DNA from: Gemmatimonadaceae bacterium
GTDB lineage: Bacteria > Gemmatimonadota > Gemmatimonadetes > Gemmatimonadales > Gemmatimonadaceae
Assembly (NCBI GenBank): GCA_040901985.1
Contig: JBBDYC010000019.1
Coordinates: forward strand, 39,907-79,759
Direction: 5' to 3'
Length of the DNA: 39,853 nucleotides
Under the pieces are notes generated by a model. That model did no database searches. It was not told the origin of the DNA and saw only the letters and a program-made list of their open reading frames with translations. The translations under genes and the position numbers were made by a program. This document shows positions 34,037 through 39,853 of the stretch, piece by piece (position 1 is the first letter of the stretch; the number at the start of each line of letters is the position of its first letter).

Positions 34037-34766
34037 TCCGGCCGTTGGTCGCGGGCACCTCGGCGACGGCCTTCGCCGGGTCGGCCGGATTCCCGACGAC
34101 GATGATCCGGCCTACGGCCACCCCGCCCCCGGTGAACTGGAGCGCCACCGCGAGCGCCCGTTGCTCCGCCAATCGCTGATCGGTGACGGCCGCACCAGTG
34201 AAGTCCACCTGGCCGTGGATTGAGATGACGGTCCGATCGTACTCGTTGAGTAGACGGGCAATCGGCCCAAGGGTGCGGCGCGCGTCGGCGGTGAGCACCG
34301 CGGTGGCGGACTCGAACATCGTCGAGTCCACGACGTCAACCGACACCCGCGTCTCGTGCCGCACCACCGTCAGGCCGGCGATCTGCAGCTGCCGCAGCCG
34401 CGCCACGAGCACGTCGAGATAGTAGCCGACTTCGTCACGCGGAATGCTGCGCCCGGCGGTGACGAGCGCGCGGTGGCGCGCGTCGAGCGCGGCGGGCGCT
34501 TCGGTCGGCCGGGCGATGAGCACGGTGGGACGGGCGGGTGCCGTCGGCGCGGGCCGCGCGGCAGCCGGACGCTCGGCCACCGCGGTGGGCGCCGCGACCG
34601 GCGCCGCCGTCGGCGTGGCGGACGGCGTCGGCCTGGACGACTCCTCGGCCGGCGCACTCTTGGGCTTTGCCGGCTGGATAAAACCGGCGCAGCCGCCCAC
34701 GACACCGAGCGCCACCGCGATCACCAGCGCTATCGTCACGCGCGAGCCCGGACGTCCGGTTCTCAC
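34005..34766 (-). CDS. Lipoprotein with a Pro/Ala linker and a degenerate OmpA-like domain
   Basis: VGGC lipobox; EVGYYLD, FES.TA.L, ISIHGQVD and RLAEQRALAVA; overlaps the EAL gene stop. Confidence 0.7.
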   Translation of the reverse strand: MRTGRPGSRVTIALVIAVALGVVGGCAGFIQPAKPKSAPAEESSRPTPSATPTAAPVAAPTAVAERPAAARPAPTAPARPTVLIARPTEAPAALDARHRALVTAGRSIPRDEVGYYLDVLVARLRQLQIAGLTVVRHETRVSVDVVDSTMFESATAVLTADARRTLGPIARLLNEYDRTVISIHGQVDFTGAAVTDQRLAEQRALAVALQFTGGGVAVGRIIVVGNPADPAKAVAEVPATNGRIILWLDPLRQ

Positions 34767-36328
34767 GCGGCCGCCCGCACCCGGACGAACTCCCCGAACG
34801 CCTCGGCGTTGATTGCCGGGCTGTACAGGTACCCCTGCGCGTAGTCCACCCCGTGCTCAATCAGCCAGCGCGCCTGCTCCTCGGTCTCGACGCCCTCGGC
34901 CACCGTGCGCAGCCCCAGCGACTGGGCCATCTCGATCACGTGGACGATTACGTGGCTCGTCGCCGCACCGGTGCCGATGGCGTCCACGAACGACTTGTCA
35001 ATCTTCAGCACATCGAGCTCGAACGTTGAGAGGTAGGAGAGACTGGAATATCCCGTGCCGAAGTCGTCCACCGCCACCTCGTGGCCCTGTTCGCGCAGGC
35101 GGTGGATCATCGCCCGTGACGAGTCCGTATTGATGAGGGCCCGCTCGGTGATCTCCAACTTGATGGACGACGCGCCAATCCCTCCGGCGGTCAGGGCGGC
35201 CTGCAGCGCGAGCGCAAACCGGTCGGTCTTCAGGTCCTCCGGCGTCAGATTTACATTGATGCCGAGGCGGTGTGGCCCTGTCAAGACACCGCGCAGGTCG
35301 CGGAAGACCGCCCCGAGGACGGCCAGCGTGATTTCCGCGTTGAGCCCTTCCCGCTCGGCAATCGGCATAAAGACGTCGGGCGTGACCCGTTCGCCGCCGC
35401 GCATCGTCCAACGGGCGAGCGCCTCGGCGCCGATGCAGCGACCGGACTTGAGGTCAATCACCGGCTGATACCGCGCGTGGATCTGCCCGTGCGCAAGGGC
35501 CTGGCGCAATTGCGACCCCATACTCAGCCGGTGCCGCGTGTAACGCCAGAGGGCGTAGAGCCAGCCGCCGACGAGGATCAGCGCGACCGTGCTGCCGATG
35601 AAGAACGAGAGCGTATAGCGGCCCCAGAAGGCGTCCAGCGGCTCGATCGCGACGATCTCAATCGGGAGGACGCCCTCCCGGGAGTAGCGCGAGATCGCCC
35701 GGCCCCGCTCCCGGTCGAGGGTGAGTCCGACCGGGATTGAATCGGGCGAGGGGAGCTCGGCGTCGGCGGGACTCGCCGTGAGCCGCAACTGCTCGACCCA
35801 GAGGCCGGCCTGGCGATGCTCCAGCGGTCCGACGTCGAGCAGCACGCGCGGGTCTATCGCGGCGTCGTGGTCGCCGAAGCGCATCAGGAAGAGCTGGACG
35901 CCACCGACCTCCGTGAACCGGCTCGGCCACCAGGCAATCACGCCCGAGTCGTAGATGCGGTCGGCCCGCGGGGGCCGCAGGCCGGTCTCGCCGAGGAAGC
36001 CGACGCCGCAGCGGCGCTCGGTCACGCGCCAATACCCGATGGCCCGGATGTGTGGGCGGCCGACCGCCGCTTCCCGCAGGCGCTGCAGGTGGGCCGGTGA
36101 ACAGCGCGCGTGCGGCAGGTCGTCGAGCTCCTCGAGGAGCGTGCGCGTGTCAAGGATCATCGCTTCGGTCCGCTCGCCGAGCGAGGCGGCAAGGCCGCCG
36201 ACCAGGCGTTCCTCGGCGGCGACCGAGTCGCGCCAGAGGTACCAGGCGACCGAGCCGAACAGCGCGGCGATGCCGACAAAGGCCACCAGCGCGACCACGA
36301 GGACGAGCCGTTCCCGACGACGCTTCAA
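34763..36328 (-). CDS. CSS-motif/EAL c-di-GMP phosphodiesterase
   Basis: TTG start after GGAGG; two TM helices; periplasmic RCSP and RRCG Cys pair; YQPVI, AEALARW, LEITER, DDFGTGYSSL, LKIDKSFV, AEGVET and QGY. Confidence 0.92.
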   Translation of the reverse strand: MKRRRERLVLVVALVAFVGIAALFGSVAWYLWRDSVAAEERLVGGLAASLGERTEAMILDTRTLLEELDDLPHARCSPAHLQRLREAAVGRPHIRAIGYWRVTERRCGVGFLGETGLRPPRADRIYDSGVIAWWPSRFTEVGGVQLFLMRFGDHDAAIDPRVLLDVGPLEHRQAGLWVEQLRLTASPADAELPSPDSIPVGLTLDRERGRAISRYSREGVLPIEIVAIEPLDAFWGRYTLSFFIGSTVALILVGGWLYALWRYTRHRLSMGSQLRQALAHGQIHARYQPVIDLKSGRCIGAEALARWTMRGGERVTPDVFMPIAEREGLNAEITLAVLGAVFRDLRGVLTGPHRLGINVNLTPEDLKTDRFALALQAALTAGGIGASSIKLEITERALINTDSSRAMIHRLREQGHEVAVDDFGTGYSSLSYLSTFELDVLKIDKSFVDAIGTGAATSHVIVHVIEMAQSLGLRTVAEGVETEEQARWLIEHGVDYAQGYLYSPAINAEAFGEFVRVRAAA

Positions 36329-36424
36329 TCACCCTCCCGGAATTGGGCCTACGCGCGCCGTGGAAAAGTGACCGCGCGGGGGTCCGCTCACAAGCCGACA
36401 TTTCGCACGACAGTGTCACGCCGA

Positions 36425-36453
36425 TTGACGCCCCCTGTGACCTTCCGTACGAT
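36425..36453 (+). promoter_or_regulatory. Sigma70 promoter of the kinase-amidase operon
   Basis: TTGACG-N17-TACGAT, close to consensus. Confidence 0.7.
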
Positions 36454-36501
36454 TGGGCGTCCGCTGGCGACCCTTGTCCGTCCCCTTGCGCCGGAGTCCT
36501 G

Positions 36502-39198
36502 GTGGCCGTGCTGAACCCGCAGTTCGTCCAGGAGCTGTCGGACCGCTATCGCCTCGACCGCGAGGTCGGCGCCGGCGGGATGGCCACGGTCTATCTGGCG
36601 CACGATATCCGCCACGACCGCCAGGTGGCGGTGAAGATCCTCCGGCCCGAGCTTGCCGCGATCATCGGCGGCGAGCGGTTTCTCCACGAGATCCGCACCA
36701 CGGCGAATCTCCAGCACCCGCACATCCTCCCGTTGCACGATTCGGGGGAGGTGGCCGGGAGCGTCTTTTACGTAATGCCGTTCGTCGAAGGGCAGAGTCT
36801 CCGCGACCGGTTGAACCAGGAGCGGCAACTGCCGGTGGACGAGGCCGTGCGCATCACCCGCGAGGTGGCGTCGGCGCTCGACTACGCGCACCGGCACGGC
36901 GTGGTGCACCGCGACATCAAGCCGGAGAACATCCTCCTCCACGACGGGCAGGCGCTGGTGGCCGACTTCGGGATCGCGCTCGCGGTGAGCCGGAGCGACG
37001 GCGGCACGCGGATGACCGAGACCGGGATGTCGCTCGGCACGCCGCACTATATGGCGCCCGAGCAGGCGATGGGGGAGCGCGAGATCTCGGCGCGGGCCGA
37101 CGTGTACGCGCTTGGCTGCGTGCTCTACGAGTGCCTCGTCGGCGAGCCGCCTTTCACCGGGCCGACGGCGCAGGCAATCATCGCGCGGGTGATGACCGAC
37201 TCGCCGCGCGCCCTGCAGACGCAGCGGCGGACGATTCCGTCGCACGTCGAGGCGGCGGTGCGGACGGCGCTCGAAAAGTTGCCGGCGGACCGCTTTGCGA
37301 GCGCGGCGGCGTTCAGCGAGGCGCTCGGGAACTCCTCCTATGGCGCCGGCGCGGCGGCGCTGGCGGCAACCGGCCGCGTCGGGAGTGCCGGGACGTGGGA
37401 CCCGAGGTCCTGGTCCGCACCGATGCGCGCCGTGACGGCGGGCGCGCTCGTCCTGGCCGTGACGACCGCTTGGCTGGCGCTCCGTCCGGGGGGCGCGACC
37501 GGCGCGGCGCCCGCGCGCGTGGCGTTCACCCTGCTCGACAGCGTTCCTGCCAACGTCCACGCCGTCGCGTCCGATGCGGGCACGATTGCGTGGATCGGCA
37601 CCGGCGGCCTGTACGTGCGTCGCGCCGGCGAGACCGACGCCGCGCTGATGCCGGGTACGGCTGACGCAGTGCCGGACGTCCTGGATTTCTCCCCCGACGG
37701 GGAGTGGGTCGTCTATGCGGCGCTACCGACCGCGCGCACGCCGCAGACCAAGGGCGCAATCCGGAAGATTGCATTGTCGGGCGGCGGGCCGCAGCCGGTC
37801 ACCAACGAGCTGCCGGGCGCCGGATTCGAGATTCCTGTCAGTATGCTCTGGGGTGACGACGGGCGGATCTATTTTGACATCGTCAATCTCGTTGCGCGCT
37901 CCGGAATCATCCTCAGCGTGGATGCCGAGGGAGGCCCGCTCGACACCATTGCCACGCTCCCCGGCCTCTACGCGGTGACGCGCGAGCTCCTGCCCGGCGA
38001 CCGCACGCTGCTGGTCACGGTGGCGAGCCCCACCGGAACCAACTCGCGCATCCTGGCGCTCGACAAGGCGACCGGCGATACGACTCAGATCGCCCTGGCC
38101 GTGACGCCGACCTGGTCGCCGACCGGTCACCTCCTCTTCGTGCGAGCCGACGGGACGATGCAGGCACTGCCGTTTGACCCGCGCCGCCTCCGCCAACTCG
38201 GCCCGCCGATCACGGTGGCCGACAGCGTCGCGGTGTCTCCGTGGGTGGCGTTCTACCATCTCTCGTCCAACGGGACGCTCGTCTATACGCGTGGGCCCAG
38301 CGCGGGCGGAGGCGGAGGCGGGAACCGGATCGTCTTCGTGCGCCTCGACGGGACGGTCGAGCGTGTCCCACTGCCGGCGACCGATCACCCGGACGGTGCC
38401 GTCTCACCCGACGGACGGCGTCTCGCCTACACCCGCGACGATGCCGTCTGGATCTACGACCTCGACCTCGGCACGCACCGCCAGCTCACGCAGGGGGGCT
38501 CGGGATACCACAACCCCGTCTGGTCGCCCGACGGCACGCGTGTGCTGTATCGCGCGAGTCGAGACACCGTCGTGGCTGGCGCTATGTTCATCCAGTGGGT
38601 GGACAGCGCGGCGGCTGTCCGGCGCATCGGCGGAACGTCGGTGGCGGACAATCCGGGCCAGTGGCTCGCCGACGGTACGATTCTCAGCTACACCGACCTC
38701 CCGGCCGCCGATATCCATCGCACGGTGGCCGAGGGAGAGCCGAGGTTCACGCCGGTCCTCTCCGCCGACTGGCCCGAACGCGCGCCGCGCGTGTCGCCGG
38801 ACGGGAAGTGGATTGCGTTCCAGTCGGGCGAGGGGAATATCATGCGCATCACGGTACGGCGCTGGCCCGACCTGCGGGACAAGGTCGTGGTGAGCGAGGG
38901 CGCGCCGCGCAACAATGCCCATCCGCTCTGGAGCCCCGATTCACGCACGCTGTACTATCAGGAGGGGTCGCGCGTGATTGCGGCGACGCTCGCGCCCGGG
39001 CCGACATTCCGGGTGGCGTCGCGGCGCGAGATCTCCGACCAGGTCACCGGACCGTTGACCGCTGTGCATCCGGACGGCCGCCTGTTCGGATTCGTGCTGG
39101 ATGCGGGCGAGGTGAACACGGGGCCCGTCCGGCGACGCGTCATCGTCGTGACGAACTGGGATCAGCCATTGCGGACGCGCCAGGCGAGCGCTCCCTGA
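36502..39198 (+). CDS. Hanks-type Ser/Thr protein kinase with a TM helix and C-terminal PD40/TolB-like propeller
   Basis: GAGGMATVY, VAVK, HRDIKPEN, DFGIA and GTPHYMAPE; TM helix; repeated (F/W/V)SP(D/T)G motifs; start 36502 or 36508. Confidence 0.93.
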   Translation: MAVLNPQFVQELSDRYRLDREVGAGGMATVYLAHDIRHDRQVAVKILRPELAAIIGGERFLHEIRTTANLQHPHILPLHDSGEVAGSVFYVMPFVEGQSLRDRLNQERQLPVDEAVRITREVASALDYAHRHGVVHRDIKPENILLHDGQALVADFGIALAVSRSDGGTRMTETGMSLGTPHYMAPEQAMGEREISARADVYALGCVLYECLVGEPPFTGPTAQAIIARVMTDSPRALQTQRRTIPSHVEAAVRTALEKLPADRFASAAAFSEALGNSSYGAGAAALAATGRVGSAGTWDPRSWSAPMRAVTAGALVLAVTTAWLALRPGGATGAAPARVAFTLLDSVPANVHAVASDAGTIAWIGTGGLYVRRAGETDAALMPGTADAVPDVLDFSPDGEWVVYAALPTARTPQTKGAIRKIALSGGGPQPVTNELPGAGFEIPVSMLWGDDGRIYFDIVNLVARSGIILSVDAEGGPLDTIATLPGLYAVTRELLPGDRTLLVTVASPTGTNSRILALDKATGDTTQIALAVTPTWSPTGHLLFVRADGTMQALPFDPRRLRQLGPPITVADSVAVSPWVAFYHLSSNGTLVYTRGPSAGGGGGGNRIVFVRLDGTVERVPLPATDHPDGAVSPDGRRLAYTRDDAVWIYDLDLGTHRQLTQGGSGYHNPVWSPDGTRVLYRASRDTVVAGAMFIQWVDSAAAVRRIGGTSVADNPGQWLADGTILSYTDLPAADIHRTVAEGEPRFTPVLSADWPERAPRVSPDGKWIAFQSGEGNIMRITVRRWPDLRDKVVVSEGAPRNNAHPLWSPDSRTLYYQEGSRVIAATLAPGPTFRVASRREISDQVTGPLTAVHPDGRLFGFVLDAGEVNTGPVRRRVIVVTNWDQPLRTRQASAP

Positions 39199-39853
39199 TG
39201 GGTCGCGCGGCACTCCGTCTCGGCCCGATTGGTCTCGCCGCGCTGCTGGTGGGCGCTGCGGTTCCCGTTGGCGCGCAGGGCTTCGACGTCGTCGAGGCCA
39301 CGATCGCCACCACGCACGCCGCGCTCGCCGCCGGTCGCACGACCTGCCGCGCCATCGTCCAGCAGTACCTCGACCGCATCGCCGCCTACGACCAGTCGGG
39401 CCCCGCGCTCAACGCGATCGAGCACCTGAACCCGCGCGCGCTCGCCGAGGCGGACTCGCTCGACGCGGTGCAGCGGGCGCGGCGGCCGCGCGGCGCGCTC
39501 CACTGCGTCCCGGTGCTCCTCAAGGACCAGGTGGAAACCCGCGATATGCCGACCACCTACGGCTCGGCGCTCTTCAAGGACTTCATTCCGCATCGCGACG
39601 CGACGATCGTCACGCGACTCGAGGCGGCTGGCGCGATCATCCTCGCCAAGACCACGATGGGGGAGTTCGCCGCCCGCTACGTGGGCTCGGGGTCCGGCAT
39701 CATCCGCAATGCGTACGACCCGACGCGGAATCCGAGCGGCTCATCGGGCGGGTCGGCCTCCGGCGTGGCGGCGAACTTCGGGCTCGTCGGGATCGGCGAG
39801 GACACCGGCGGCTCCATCCGCGGCCCCGCCGCGGTGAGCAGCCTCGGGGGGGG
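39198..39853 (+). CDS. Secreted amidase-signature family protein, partial (runs off the window; not in the ORF track)
   Basis: ATG overlaps the kinase TGA; hand translation MGRAALRLG...GALHCVPVLLKD...AGAIILAKT...NPSGSSGGSASGVAANFG...GEDTGGSIRGPA. Confidence 0.93.
   Translation, partial: MGRAALRLGPIGLAALLVGAAVPVGAQGFDVVEATIATTHAALAAGRTTCRAIVQQYLDRIAAYDQSGPALNAIEHLNPRALAEADSLDAVQRARRPRGALHCVPVLLKDQVETRDMPTTYGSALFKDFIPHRDATIVTRLEAAGAIILAKTTMGEFAARYVGSGSGIIRNAYDPTRNPSGSSGGSASGVAANFGLVGIGEDTGGSIRGPAAVSSLGG

Noticed and set aside
1..39853. Many long antisense or alternate-frame ORFs (e.g. 15802-17883 minus, 26541-28427 plus, 6309-7670 plus)
   Set aside because: Arg/Pro/Ala-rich shadows of real genes, expected at this GC content; no recognisable motifs
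39845..39853. Terminal G run (and G run at 5-13) as a repeat or functional tract
   Set aside because: Both lie at the sequence ends and are likely contig-break or sequencing artefacts; the last amidase codons may be unreliable

Overview
A very GC-rich, gene-dense bacterial window of about 41 genes. It is most likely Gemmatimonadota, inferred from the pilin-like domain, the kinase-PD40 architecture and the CBM48 gene cluster. I found no rRNA, tRNA, CRISPR array or transposase. From left to right: (1) a minus-strand envelope cluster, 38-5330, in transcription order a NarL/LuxR response regulator split by a 1-nt frameshift in a G8 run, a hypothetical protein, a lipoprotein with three Ig-like repeats and a DUF3494 ice-binding domain, two OmpA-domain proteins and three small membrane proteins; (2) an MscS channel and an SLC13/TrkA-C permease; (3) two tandem paralogous secreted proteins and a probable beta-barrel/CBM48 protein, each preceded by a TGT(G/C)ACG-N17/18-GTC ECF-like promoter motif; (4) a SigR/RsrA-like ECF sigma and zinc anti-sigma pair with back-to-back GGAAC-N18-GTT promoters, a Met-rich membrane protein, an internally deleted alpha/beta-hydrolase remnant and osmC; (5) a complete C5 heme pathway (hemH, then hemA-C-D-B-L-[HK-RR]-E-N-Y) with a translationally coupled two-component system in the middle; (6) a TPR-like protein and two lipoproteins, a membrane protein fused to a pilin-like domain, YceI, a strictosidine-synthase-like protein, topoisomerase IB, a CSS-EAL phosphodiesterase with an OmpA-like partner, a Ser/Thr kinase with a PD40 propeller, and an amidase cut by the window end. 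The best candidates for undescribed systems are the ice-binding/OmpA surface operon with its possibly switchable regulator, the heme-operon two-component system, and the two ECF mini-regulons. All family calls come from motif recognition by eye, with no database searches.
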